A stretch of DNA of 64,000 nucleotides from contig OZ244587.1 in assembly GCA_965218095.1 (NCBI GenBank), forward strand, positions 3,520,001 to 3,584,000, in the 5' to 3' direction. Positions 40,475-51,325 of the stretch are shown piece after piece (the stretch's first letter is position 1; each line of letters opens with the position of its first letter). The position numbers and the translations under genes were made by a program. The stretch is from Candidatus Poribacteria bacterium. GTDB lineage: Bacteria > Poribacteria > WGA-4E > PCPOR2b. The notes under the pieces are model-generated. The model was not told the origin of the DNA. It saw only the letters and a list, made by a program, of their open reading frames with translations, and ran no database searches.

Positions 40475-41370
40475 ACTTGTACATCCTTTGCTTGCGCCTC
40501 GCGAACTTCGCAGGCGCCCTCAAAGGCGGCGCGGATCGCGATCTCTTCAGTCGCAACGGCGACAAACCTATCGGTTTCGGTAAAGAGTAGGGGCTTGAAG
40601 GCGAAGGGGTCTTTGGCGAACCCGATGTAATCAGTGGTCGCAGCGAGGTAACTGAACGAGCCATCCAAATCAACAAGCGAAGCCTCCAATGCTTCCTTAA
40701 ACGTCATCTCCTGCGACAATCGATCCGCAAGATAGACGCCGATGATTTCGGAGTCGTTTTCGGTGTAGAATCTGACGCCGCGCTGCTCGTAGCGACAGCG
40801 AAGCTTGTGGTAGTTTGTGATGTGCCCGTTGTGAACGATAGCGAGGTCGGGATAGCCGTGCGCCCAAAAGGGCTGTGAATGGCTCAGGTCAACACGGCTC
40901 TCTGTCGAAAGGCGTGTGTGTCCCAGACCGTGCGTCCCTGTGAACGCCGAGACGCTGTAGGCCGCGTCAAGATTTTGCGGGCTTCCGACCTGCTTGACGA
41001 CTTCAAGCTCGCGTCCCATGCTGACCACTTCGATGGCGTCATCCAGAGACTCAATGAATTGCGTCAACGCCGCTGTCTCTCCAGACAGATCGATGACGAA
41101 CCGAAGATACTCGGCGATTATTTTCACGTCGCGCACCGCGCCAAATGTACGCGCCCCATCGGCAATAGAAATGCCCTTCTCTCCTGCGCCATCCGCTTCT
41201 CCCAGCTTGACCCGCACGATGAAGCAGCCATTTTCCTGGGGACCGTAGAGCGCTACACCCGCCGAATCCGGCCCCCGCACCGCCAGCGCCGTGAGCATTG
41301 TGAGGATGGTTTGCCCCACCGTGGCGTTGTCATTTTTGGTCTTGTCTAGAAAACCGATGATGCCACACAC
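40462..41370 (-). CDS. mgsA: Class II glutamine amidotransferase, N-methylglutamate synthase subunit A
   Basis: GTG start then CGIIG, RGPDSAG, GHTRLSTES, HNGHITN, NDSE. Confidence 0.85.
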   Translation of the reverse strand: MCGIIGFLDKTKNDNATVGQTILTMLTALAVRGPDSAGVALYGPQENGCFIVRVKLGEADGAGEKGISIADGARTFGAVRDVKIIAEYLRFVIDLSGETAALTQFIESLDDAIEVVSMGRELEVVKQVGSPQNLDAAYSVSAFTGTHGLGHTRLSTESRVDLSHSQPFWAHGYPDLAIVHNGHITNYHKLRCRYEQRGVRFYTENDSEIIGVYLADRLSQEMTFKEALEASLVDLDGSFSYLAATTDYIGFAKDPFAFKPLLFTETDRFVAVATEEIAIRAAFEGACEVREAQAKDVQVWQT

Positions 41371-41446
41371 GCTTCGTTTCTCCTCAATTATTTCAAAGGT
41401 TGAATCAGAGTTAGACGCATCCAATCATGCCTAACTTTGAGCCATA

Positions 41447-41475
41447 ATTATAGTTCACATTAGAGAAAAAGTCAA
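41447..41475 (-). promoter_or_regulatory. Sigma70 promoter for the mgs operon
   Basis: TTGACT-N17-TATAAT on the minus strand. Confidence 0.65.
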
Positions 41476-41778
41476 CAGCTTTACTTGTCTTGATTCACCT
41501 CCAGTTTTTCTCAAAGCCGCTGGGGTATCGTTAATCGCTATCTTTTTGCGTCGGCGCCAGATGGCAGCTCATCATCGCTGTCTGGTCCTGAGCCGATAAC
41601 AACACCGCCACGTTTAGCAGAAGCTGGGATTTGGTTCTCTTGTTTGAAAGTAGGGAAACTTTTTCGTTGCAGAATTGCTCGGACTCTGTTATGATACCCT
41701 CGGAGGGAGACCACAATGGGGGTAGGCAAGCCAAAGTCAAACTACCGGCTCAGACGTTAATTGGAAGGAGAAACTCTG

Positions 41779-43518
41779 ATGCCAAACAGCCATCGTCCCT
41801 CAGTACGAGGGAAACGTTATATTGTCTCATCACTTCATTATCTCGCAACGATGGCCGGTGTTCGCATCCTTGAAAGTGGGGGCAACGCCGCCGACGCTGG
41901 GGTCGCAACAGGAATTTGTATCAACGTGCTTCAACCTGGATTTGCCCATTTTGGAGGCGTCGCGCCGATTATTTACTGTCCGGCGTCGGGCAGCCCTGTT
42001 GAAACGATTAGTGGACTGGGACGCTGGCCCAGAGCCGCGACCATCGACTACTTTCACGAACATCACGGCGGTAATCTGCCCGCTGGGATTTTGCGAACAG
42101 TCACGCCAGCGGCGCCCGATGCGTGGCTGATGGCGTTGGCGCGATTCGGCACCATGACCTTTGAGCAGGCCATCCAGCCCGCCTTAGACCTCGTCGAAAA
42201 TGGTCATCCGGTGGATGCCCAATTTCACGCCTTTGTCAGTGGAGGGGATATAAAAACTTCGCGATCGACCGCCCAAGTGTTCAACCCGGGTGGACACATT
42301 CCACAGATTGGGGAAATCTTTGTCCAGAAAGATCTGGCGAACACCTTCAAACGGCTGATCGATGCCGGACGCAAGGCAGGCGGAGATCGACACGCAGGCA
42401 TCCAAGCCGCACGCGACCTCATCTATAAGGGTGAAATTGCCCACGAAATCGCCGATTTTTATCAGAAGGAGAATGGCTTACTCACCTGCGAAGACCTTGC
42501 GGCGTTTTCGGTTCGCGTCGAACCACCGGAGCGCATCGCCTACAAAGGCTATGACGTTTATACTTGTGGGCCTTGGTGTCAGGGACCAACACTGATCATG
42601 GTGCTAAAGATTCTCGAAGGCATTGATCTGAGGGGGATGGGGCATCACTCCGCAGACTATCTCCACACGATCATCGAGGGACTCAAATTGGCTTTTGCGG
42701 ATCGGGAAGCCTACTTCGGCGACCCCGACTTTGTGCAAGTACCGATGGCGGGATTGCTCGGTGAGAAATACGCTGCCGAAAGACGAGCGACAATCGACCC
42801 ACAGCACGCCGCCCCCGACATGCCGCTGCCAGGAAATCCGTGGCAATTCCATCCAGAGCCGCGTCGGGAAAATGGTCCCTTCCCGACCATGGATCCGAAT
42901 CGTCCGCAACCGGAACGCATCTCGCAATGGGAAAGCGATACCAGTTATCTCTGCGTGGTTGATGAACAGGGCAACGCATTTTCGGCGACGCCATCCGATG
43001 TGATTGGCTGGTCACCGGTCGTCCCAGGCTTAGGCTTTCCCATTTCAGCGCGTGGCACACAAACGTGGCTGGATAAAGCGCATCCATCCTGCCTTCAACC
43101 GTGGAAGCGTCCACGACTCACACCGAACCCGGCGATGGTCCTCAAAGATGGAAAGCCGTTTATGCCCTTTGGCTGTCCCGGCGGCGATGCCCAGGTTCAA
43201 GGGATGCTGCAAGTGTTCCTTAACATCATCGAATTCGGAATGGAACCACAACAGGCAATCGAGGCGCCCCGCGTTGTCAGTCACAGTTTTCCCAACTCGT
43301 TCTGGCCACACGGCTCTTTGCCTGGGGAGGTAACGGTTGAAGCCCGTGTTGACCCGCAGGTGCGAGAAGCCTTGAACGCTCGGGGACATATCGTCCAAGC
43401 TGATCAGGACTGGAGTTCTAGGGTCAGTCGGGTCTGCGCAATCACCGTCCATCCCGAAACTGGCGCCCGTGTGGGTGGCGCCGATCCCCGCTCTACGTCG
43501 TATGCAATCGGGTGGTAA
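41779..43518 (+). CDS. Gamma-glutamyltransferase family protein
   Basis: GGNAADAGVA, DTSYL nucleophile Thr, RPRLTPNP, GCPGGDAQ, GADPR. Confidence 0.9.
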   Translation: MPNSHRPSVRGKRYIVSSLHYLATMAGVRILESGGNAADAGVATGICINVLQPGFAHFGGVAPIIYCPASGSPVETISGLGRWPRAATIDYFHEHHGGNLPAGILRTVTPAAPDAWLMALARFGTMTFEQAIQPALDLVENGHPVDAQFHAFVSGGDIKTSRSTAQVFNPGGHIPQIGEIFVQKDLANTFKRLIDAGRKAGGDRHAGIQAARDLIYKGEIAHEIADFYQKENGLLTCEDLAAFSVRVEPPERIAYKGYDVYTCGPWCQGPTLIMVLKILEGIDLRGMGHHSADYLHTIIEGLKLAFADREAYFGDPDFVQVPMAGLLGEKYAAERRATIDPQHAAPDMPLPGNPWQFHPEPRRENGPFPTMDPNRPQPERISQWESDTSYLCVVDEQGNAFSATPSDVIGWSPVVPGLGFPISARGTQTWLDKAHPSCLQPWKRPRLTPNPAMVLKDGKPFMPFGCPGGDAQVQGMLQVFLNIIEFGMEPQQAIEAPRVVSHSFPNSFWPHGSLPGEVTVEARVDPQVREALNARGHIVQADQDWSSRVSRVCAITVHPETGARVGGADPRSTSYAIGW

Positions 43519-43598
43519 TACGGTTGCTTGCGGCTCCTCGGAAGCGAAGTGGTTCATTTCTTAAACTCAGCTCCCGTCAATACCAGCAAATCTGTGGA

Positions 43599-44531
43599 TT
43601 ATGTGAGTTGCATCCACTGGTCCCCTACCTCTTCAAAACGGTGGTGCAATGCCTTAACGGTCTCCGCGGGGATGGGTAGCTGTCGTTCCACCATTTCAAT
43701 GTTCGATAGAACGTGCGACGGGTTGTGAGTCCCCACGATGACCGTGTCAACCTCGGACTGGGCGAGCACGAACCCCATCGCCAGAAGGATGGGATCTTCG
43801 GGTGCCCCCGGGAGGGGCCCCATCTGCGCCATGATCTGCGCTCGCCTGAAGTATTCGTCCGCATACGGGTAAGGGCTGTGAGCTTTACCCCACACGCCAT
43901 TGGCGATAGGACGCTTGATAATGATTCCCATCCCCTTTGCCTCCGCCAACGTGAACAGTTCTTTGGTCCGTGCGTGCTGCTCCACCAGATTGAAGCTGGT
44001 TTGCAGTGTGTCGAAGAGTCCGGTGTTGACAGCCCAGCGCGCGGCCTCATTGTCTCCGCTGTAGCCGATAAAACGGGTCTTGCCGGCTTCCTGCGCCTTA
44101 ACCAGCGCTTCGATAACCTCGCCGCGTTCCAGTACATCCACGTCACAAGAGTGAAGCTGCACAAGGTCGAGGTGGTCTGTCTTCAGCCGCCGCAAGCTGC
44201 GGTTGATACCCCCGGAGACCGCCGGGGCCGTCCACGGCTTTTGGTCTGTCCATGGCAAGCCTCCAGCCTCCCCGTCGTCTGTGACATGGCCACACTTGGT
44301 CGCCAGGATATACTCCTCCCGTCGGTGTGCAACTGTATTTCCAATCAGTTCCTCGGTTGTGCCGTAGCAAGAAGCGGTATCAAGGAAATTGATTCCATTA
44401 TCAAGGGCAACGTTGAGGACCCGGTCCGCTTCCGCTACAACCTTGGATCTTTCTTGACGAGAAATCTCCGCAAGACCCAGACCGAGGCAAGTGATCTTTA
44501 GACCTGTTTTGCCGAAGTCGATCTTTTCCAT
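43599..44531 (-). CDS. Aldo/keto reductase
   Basis: GINFLDTASCYG, LATKCG, SLRRLKTDHLDLVQLH, GKTRFIG. Confidence 0.92.
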   Translation of the reverse strand: MEKIDFGKTGLKITCLGLGLAEISRQERSKVVAEADRVLNVALDNGINFLDTASCYGTTEELIGNTVAHRREEYILATKCGHVTDDGEAGGLPWTDQKPWTAPAVSGGINRSLRRLKTDHLDLVQLHSCDVDVLERGEVIEALVKAQEAGKTRFIGYSGDNEAARWAVNTGLFDTLQTSFNLVEQHARTKELFTLAEAKGMGIIIKRPIANGVWGKAHSPYPYADEYFRRAQIMAQMGPLPGAPEDPILLAMGFVLAQSEVDTVIVGTHNPSHVLSNIEMVERQLPIPAETVKALHHRFEEVGDQWMQLT

Positions 44532-44587
44532 AGCTTATATCTCCTCCTGGTTTTTGACGACTCAACTGGGTAACAGTAGGGACGAAC

Positions 44588-45175
44588 CTATTCAGAATTA
44601 CCCATATTAAACTTTCTGCCTCCAAATCTCAACAAACAGTAAAGCGCCAAAAAATCGTACACTGCGTGGGTAACGATTGGCGTCAACAGATTGTCGCTGA
44701 CCTGCCACAACCAACCAAGGTAGACGCCCATCAGACCTGCCGCTAACGCATACGTCGGGGTGATGAAATGAACCAGTCCAAACAATGCGCCGGCTGCGAT
44801 AAGCCCAGTCTCTGGGCTCAACCAGCGGCTAATGGCGCCCTGGAGGACGCCCCGAAAAAGCATCTCCTCCCCCACTCCCGCTAGGATTGCGATGACGCCG
44901 AGCTCAGCAAGCGTGCACTTGGCAAATAGCGGACGAACAACCTCCAGAAGCAACCGGTGTGTATGAACGAGGGGGCCGACGGGCCAACGAAAGAGAGCTA
45001 AGAACATCCCTAGCATGGGTACGCTGGCGATGATTCCCACGATGACATCTGACCCATCCCACCGAAGGGACGCCAACGCCGGTTGGCTCAAAACCCACCC
45101 TAACGCCCATGCGAGCCCCGCCAACCCGCCCTCGAAAAGCACTACCAGCAGAACGATTTGACGGCTTCGCTGCAC
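44588..45175 (-). CDS. CPBP (CAAX/Abi) intramembrane metalloprotease
   Basis: EEMLFRG, FGLVH, HAVYD. Confidence 0.9.
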   Translation of the reverse strand: MQRSRQIVLLVVLFEGGLAGLAWALGWVLSQPALASLRWDGSDVIVGIIASVPMLGMFLALFRWPVGPLVHTHRLLLEVVRPLFAKCTLAELGVIAILAGVGEEMLFRGVLQGAISRWLSPETGLIAAGALFGLVHFITPTYALAAGLMGVYLGWLWQVSDNLLTPIVTHAVYDFLALYCLLRFGGRKFNMGNSE

Positions 45176-45198
45176 TTCTGTTCACCCTCCAAAATTGA

Positions 45199-46368
45199 TT
45201 ACGGCGGCGACGTCGGTAGAATCGAAAAATACTCGATGTCATCCTCCTGCTCGTGCACCGCCGCTCGGACAAACTCCAAGTCTGCATTCATCTCCGCTTT
45301 AGCGAACACCTTCCGAATCTTCGTGATAAACTGCCCCTTCTCTATGTGTTCCAAAAGCAGTTTGAGTTTCTCCACATCTGCTTTGGGCGCATCTCGGTTG
45401 TAAGCCTTCTTTCCGTCCAGCACAGCGATGTCCTTTTTGGTGATTCGCTTTGCCCATTCTGCCCATTCCAGCGTCGCTGGCTCAAGCCCTTCCTGCCGCA
45501 TTTGAGTTGCCTGCCGGGCGAACTGCTGTGTAAACGGCTGAACATGCTGCTGCCAGTCTTTCTCTTGTTGCGTCAGCTTCTCCGGTATGGCAAAGTTCAT
45601 CGCATTGCTCCACATCGGCGTCCAAGTGAATTGATAGGAGAACGCGCCGAGCAGATCCATCTTGTGAAGCGCCTGCACATAAAAGAGCGCCTCCGTCCGG
45701 TCTCTCACAGAGATCTGCGTAATCTTCAGCGGATAGATCAGTTTCTCTGAGGAGAAGGTAAAGCGCGTTGGCGTTATCTCTCCCTGATATGTGCCGTCGG
45801 GCTTCTGCTTCATCTGCTCGGGATCGATCTTCATGACCGTGAAGAACCACCCCTTTCGGATATAGAAATCGAGCGTCGCCTCGTCGCCGGCATAGCTATA
45901 ATTATTCTCTTTAAGCTAGGTGTACAGGTCATCCGCCCGGTCAGCGACGATGATCTTGTAGTCCAGCGAGCCGACAATCCCCGCTTCCAGGACCCGGACG
46001 CTCGATTCGACCATCATCACCCTGGCGGATTGCATCACTCGGAAGCGTTTGTACTTGCTCAAATCCATCGGCTCCAGGATGGTGAAGACCGCCAACTCCT
46101 TGAAAAACTCACGCGGCATCTCAGCCAGCTTGGGTTGACTCGGGGTGGGAACCACCATGCCGAAATCGGCGGCGTTGCCTTCAAACTTGGGCTGGACCGT
46201 AAACGACTCAACCTTTTTCACCGCATCCCAGGTGATAAAGGCTTTCTGAGCAGGCTGGAGGATGTCTTTGTCCTTCGCAGCGAAATAGCAGCAGGCCGAT
46301 TTGGCTGCGGTTGGCTCCATCACAATCAGCGACAAGACGGTCAGTGTGAGCATTTTAGGCTTCCACAT
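45199..46368 (-). pseudogene. DUF2330-like secreted protein with a single in-frame TAG at 45916-45918
   Basis: The two ORFs share a frame: …LYT*LKENNYSY…FFTVMKID; ACCYF…FGMVVPTP. Confidence 0.75.
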
Positions 46369-46425
46369 AGTTCTTTCCTCCTAATCAAGTTTTGTTCAGT
46401 TACGAACCGGGCGCCTAACCCTAAC

Positions 46426-47448
46426 CTATTCCTTCTTTACCCCCGCAAGGTCTGCGACAACCCACTTGAGACCGGCGACCACCCGTGCTAGGCGGTCATA
46501 CACGATTTTGGACGGGGTATCGGCTGCCGTGTGGTAGTAGGGGTATCGGAAAGGGGCAGTGTCCGTCACCATCACGCCGGGATAGCCTGCTTGCCAAAAC
46601 GCCCACTGGTCCGACCAGTCGATGCCTGGCACTCCCTCGAAGGTTGCTACCCCTTCGGATGGAAACTTGGCATGGCGGCGGAATGAGGCGATCACGGAAT
46701 GAACCAGTTTACGTGATGCAGTGTTTCCCACGAAGGCGATGAAGTTCCCCTTCGTGGGGTAGAAGAGACCAAACGGATACGGGTAATCTTGGCTCTGCTC
46801 TTCGTCCGAATAGTAACCGATGGTCTCAAGGTTCAACATAGCGACCACCTTCTCGTTCCGATCGCGACAGCGTTCCGCATAGACCACACTTCCCATTTGT
46901 GGTGTTTGAAAGTATGGCGACTCCTCGTTGACGAAAAGAACGAAGCGTAGGGTTCTTTCAGGTTTTTCTCCCGCGAAGGCGCGGGCGAGCGTCAAAACAG
47001 CGGCAGTGCCGGTCCCATTATCGTTTGCACCGGCGCTCCCCGCCACCGAATCGTAGTGTCCTCCGACGACCACGATCTCATCAGCTTGGTCGGCTCCCAC
47101 AATCTCGACTTCGATGTTGTAGCAAGTCTTCCCCTCCACCTCGTACCCCTGTCTCAGTACCTCATATCCAGCCGCGGCAAGCGATGTCTCAAGGAAATCT
47201 ACAGCCTCGGCGAGGCTCTGATACCGGGTAGTAACGTTACGCTCACCAATTTCACCGGCGAGTTTTTCCACATCCTGCCGAAGTGCGTCTTGGAGCGTGG
47301 ACTCATAGTCGGTGAGCGGCGGCAGTGGACCGCGATAACTTTCTCCCGGCATTCTGATCATGGTCAACCACCCCCCCACAAAAAGCACGGTGAGGATAAT
47401 ACCGAAGACGGTAAGTCTCACGAATCTGGCGCGGGTTGCCAGTTGCAT
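46426..47448 (-). CDS. M28 family peptidase
   Basis: GGHYDS, GANDNGTG, NEE, LETIGY, SDQWAF, YYHTAADT. Confidence 0.9.
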   Translation of the reverse strand: MQLATRARFVRLTVFGIILTVLFVGGWLTMIRMPGESYRGPLPPLTDYESTLQDALRQDVEKLAGEIGERNVTTRYQSLAEAVDFLETSLAAAGYEVLRQGYEVEGKTCYNIEVEIVGADQADEIVVVGGHYDSVAGSAGANDNGTGTAAVLTLARAFAGEKPERTLRFVLFVNEESPYFQTPQMGSVVYAERCRDRNEKVVAMLNLETIGYYSDEEQSQDYPYPFGLFYPTKGNFIAFVGNTASRKLVHSVIASFRRHAKFPSEGVATFEGVPGIDWSDQWAFWQAGYPGVMVTDTAPFRYPYYHTAADTPSKIVYDRLARVVAGLKWVVADLAGVKKE

Positions 47449-47459
47449 CTCTGCCCTCC

Positions 47460-47620
47460 AATTTTGTCTTTATTGGTGGTTTCAACGTTTACCAGATGCC
47501 ATCCCCGATGTCCCCCATGGACGCCGAGGAAGACCACATCTCCCTCCGCAAACGTTTCGACCCGATTCCCCACCGCTTCAACAACGCCGACGTGCTGATA
47601 CCCGGCACGACAAGGATAAT
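47460..47620 (-). pseudogene. Zn-dependent (MDR) dehydrogenase N-terminal fragment
   Basis: YPCRAGYQHVGVVEAVG..VETFAEGDVV. Confidence 0.5.
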
Positions 47621-47831
47621 TTGTTGTGTAGTTTAGCAGAATTATCAAATCTCGTCAAGCGCAAAACACCATGAGTAGAAATTTCCCGACGCACCGTTTT
47701 TGATCTCGCTTTTTTGAAAATCGTGCTATAATCTTGGGGACTTCGATTTTGACCATTACAGTTTTTCAAAGACTTGTTACCCTGACTTTGTTAGATTAAA
47801 AGAGCGCATCGGCTGATCCACTGCTGGCTCG

Positions 47832-47967
47832 CCCCCCTCAATCCCCCAACTTTGGGGGGAAGGGGAGAATTGCACAAACTCCCGAAGTTCCGGTGCTCCG
47901 CACCGAGAATCCACGATGCGAAACATCGGGACCTGCCCCGATCCATCAGGGAATTGGGGGCCGGGGG
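47832..47967. repeat. GC-rich REP-like palindromes (CCCCCAACTTTGGGGG…)
   Basis: Nested C-run/G-run inverted repeats in the intergenic region. Confidence 0.55.
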
Positions 47968-48016
47968 ACAAATGTAACAAAGTCAAGTTACAAGATCCCA
48001 AATTCAGGAGAGGAAA

Positions 48017-49021
48017 ATGGAAAAAATACGGATGGCCCAGTATGGGACGAAACATGGACACGCCAGAGGCAAATTGCAGGCAATGCAGGTGAATGGCGAT
48101 GTTGAAATCGCAGGCATCTTTGAACCAGACCCTGAACAGCGTGCGGCGCTTCAAGCGTCGGAAAGCGCTTTTGCCGGCGTTCACTGGTTTTCCGACGAGC
48201 GTGAGATGTTAGAGGATGAAAGCATTACAGCGATTGCCTCTGAAGGCCTCAACGCCGAGAGCCTTGACCAAACTGAGGAGATCGTCGCCGCTGGCAAGCA
48301 CGTCTGGTATGACAAGCCGGCTGGCGATAATTGGGCGCAATGGCAGCAAGTGGTCGCCATGGCGGAAGACAAGGGGCTGCTCATTCAGATGGGGTATATG
48401 CTACGCTATCATTCAGCTTTTAAGCAGATCGCTGACTGGGTGAAGTCGGGTTTTTTGGGCGAGGTGTTTTCAGTGCGCGCCCACATGTCAACGTCTATCC
48501 CTGAAAATTCCCGTGCTCAAATCAGTGCTTTGCATACAGGCGGCATTTTTTTCGATTTGGGCGGCCACATGCTGGACCAGGTGGTCTGGCTCTTGGGACG
48601 CCCGGTGAAAGTAACGGCGTTCTTGCGCAACGACGGTGGTGGGGCGCCGGAGTTTCAGGATAATACCCTGGGCGTCTTCGAGTTTGAGAACGCCATTGCC
48701 TTTATCGACATTGCCGCAATGGAGCCCCCCCCGGCGGCGCGCCGCTTTGAAGTGTATGGTAGTCAGGGGAGCGCTATCATCGTCGAACCTTTTGAACCCG
48801 GCGAGCAAATCCGGCTGTGTCTGACGGAAGCGCGAGATGGCTGTCAGGAGGGAGAGCAGTTTGTGGGGACAAATGGCGAGAGCCGTCAAAGAGCCTACGA
48901 ACTGGAATTGGAAGCCTTTTTGGCGACTATTGAGGGCAAACAACCACCGGATCGGCCGATGTCGCATGAACTGCTGGTGCAGGAGACCTTGCTCCGGACG
49001 ACCGGGGTGCTTGATGCTTGA
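48017..49021 (+). CDS. Gfo/Idh/MocA family oxidoreductase
   Basis: GKHVWYDKP, GYMLRY, DLGGHMLD. Confidence 0.88.
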   Translation: MEKIRMAQYGTKHGHARGKLQAMQVNGDVEIAGIFEPDPEQRAALQASESAFAGVHWFSDEREMLEDESITAIASEGLNAESLDQTEEIVAAGKHVWYDKPAGDNWAQWQQVVAMAEDKGLLIQMGYMLRYHSAFKQIADWVKSGFLGEVFSVRAHMSTSIPENSRAQISALHTGGIFFDLGGHMLDQVVWLLGRPVKVTAFLRNDGGGAPEFQDNTLGVFEFENAIAFIDIAAMEPPPAARRFEVYGSQGSAIIVEPFEPGEQIRLCLTEARDGCQEGEQFVGTNGESRQRAYELELEAFLATIEGKQPPDRPMSHELLVQETLLRTTGVLDA

Positions 49022-49324
49022 CAGAGCAGGACTTACGCAATTGAATCGGCGGATGATCCCCCAACCTCCTGTGCATCTTGTATCGGATTCAGAGCCTGCC
49101 CCGATCCATAAGTCCATGTAGCCGAACCCGTGAGAGTTCGGGTGTATGACCCTCTCCTCGAATTCTCACGACTTCGGCTACGGGAAGATGAAAATCAGGT
49201 ATTTTCCGCCTCCAACCGAGCGAAGTGGTGCGTTTCACAAGTCCGTATAGGGCTGAAATGATGAGTTCATTTATGTTTTTCATTGGAACACTCCTATAAC
49301 GCGACGAATTTCTGCGGGGAATTA

Positions 49325-50143
49325 GGTTCTGTTGACATTTCAAGGGAGCCATATAAGAGTGGAGACAAAGCTGAGAAATCCAAAATAACGGATAGATAAC
49401 TTCTCGAACCGAGAGAAGATGCGGCGATACCATTTTATCTTGTTAATGAAACATTCAACCCGATGTCTCTCTTTGTACAGATGTTTGTCGTAATCTCTTT
49501 GATCCACACGATGACTTTTTGGCGGTATCACCGCAATCGCTCCATTCGCCTCAATAACGGCAATAAAATTGTCGGAGTCATATCCCTTGTCTCCAATCAC
49601 ATACTCGCTTTTATATCCAAGTATCAACCCTTCTGCTTCCGCTATGTCGTTTCTTTGACCGGGTGTCAGATATATTCTTAGTGGATTACCCAGGCCGTCA
49701 ACTGTGATGTGAATTTTTGTACTGAATCCCCCGCGAGAGCAGCCTAACGCTTGGTTTTCAGTGCCACCCTTTTTTTTCGGCACCCGCCGCAGACGGGTGC
49801 GCTCGAATGATTGTACTGTCCACAATAAGCGACTCGATATCGGGGTCGGCGGCGAAGTGGTGGTGGATCTGTGTGAAGACCCCTTTGTCGCACCACCGAG
49901 CAAACCGCTTATAGAGGGTGTTCGATTTACCATAGGTGTCTGGCAGAAGTCTCCATTGAGCACCGCTACGGGTCGCCCAGAGAACAGTTTCGATAAAGCG
50001 GCGTGTTGTCGCTTCGTTGCCAACATAGATGGTGGGACAAGTTAGAAGAAACGAGTATATCTTTTTCCATTGGTCATCGGGTAAGGTTATTGGCATCATT
50101 CTTCTATTATGCCACAACCTTATACTCAAATGTCAACAGAACC
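49325..50143 (-). mobile_element. IS5-family (IS427-group-like) insertion sequence with orfA/orfB and a slippery A8G site
   Basis: Perfect 16-bp TIR GGTTCTGTTGACATTT/AAATGTCAACAGAACC flanked by TA; GAQWRLLP, VDSTIIRAH, GDKGYD, RHRVECF; A8 at 49770-49777. Confidence 0.92.
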
Positions 50144-50628
50144 TAGCAGGCAATATCCGGGGCTGGAGATTCTGGCAGGTTGATGAACGAATCTATTGGT
50201 TATATCGTCCGATTGGAAAGCATATAGTTGGCACAGAATTAGAGTCACGACATGCCAAAGTTTCTTCTATTTGGATGCTCAAACCCGCTAAGCGAATGGA
50301 TTCGCATCCATCCCCATTTCCTATTGAATTGACTGTACGCGCGATTTACTCTATACCCGGTGACTCGAAAAAGATTATACTCGATCCATTTTGTGGTACG
50401 GGAACAACTCTAGTCGCAGCAAAAATTCTCGGTCATAGCTTTATCGGAATAGATATCTCACCCACCTATGTAGAACATACTAAGAACAGGCTTGAAAACT
50501 GGGAGAATGAAAAATCAGAGGTAGAGAAAGAAAAGAAGAAACACGTCGTCAGAGATCCTTTCAAGGAACGCAAAAAAAGAGGGACGGTTACGTGGCCCTT
50601 TGCACCCAACAATAATTCCTCTAAATGA
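50144..50628 (+). pseudogene. N4/N6 site-specific DNA methyltransferase, C-terminal part only
   Basis: HPSPFP, ILDPFCGTGTT, FIGIDIS; the 5' part is replaced at the IS boundary. Confidence 0.8.
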
Positions 50629-50838
50629 AGCTTAGATCGTTGACAATCGAACCGAAATTTGCTTTAGCCCACTTTTCAGTTGGTCAATAATCAATTCCAA
50701 ACTCTGAATTCAACAGTTCTCATATTACCCACAATTGAATAACAAATCATTTCCTTGCTGAGTCTACATCAATCCCCGATATTGAGTATTCGGCGAAAAC
50801 TACTATCCTGAATCAGTTTGTTAAAAAAGAGGTCAGAC

Positions 50839-51325
50839 ATGAGTCATACATTCTCCGCCGGGCGTCGTTTCCGCGATGCACTGGCGATAGAAACCCCCTT
50901 GCAAGTCGTCGGAACGATTAACGCCTACTCAGCGTTGATGGCAGAGTGCGTGGGGTTCCGGTCAATCTATCTTTCGGGAGGGGGTGTGGCGAATGCTTCC
51001 TACGGCCTTCCAGATATAGGGATGACCACCTTGAACGATGTTCTGGAAGATGTGCACCGCATCACCGGCACAACGGAACTTCCGCTTCTCGTTGACGCCG
51101 ATACCGGTTGGGGAAATACGTTTATGATCGCCAAAACCATCCACCAGACGATCCGGGCGGGTGCCGCCGGGGTACATATCGAAGATCAGGTACAGGCAAA
51201 GCGTTGTGGTTACCGCCCAAACAAGGAAATTGTGAGTGCGGCGGAGATGGTCGATCGGATGAAAGCCGCCGCCGATGCCAAAACAGACCCGGACTTCGTC
51301 CTGATGGCACGGACAAATGCCGTCG
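50839..51325 (+). pseudogene. prpB: 2-methylisocitrate lyase, 3'-truncated
   Basis: [36 protein letters not shown], then homology is lost. Confidence 0.8.
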
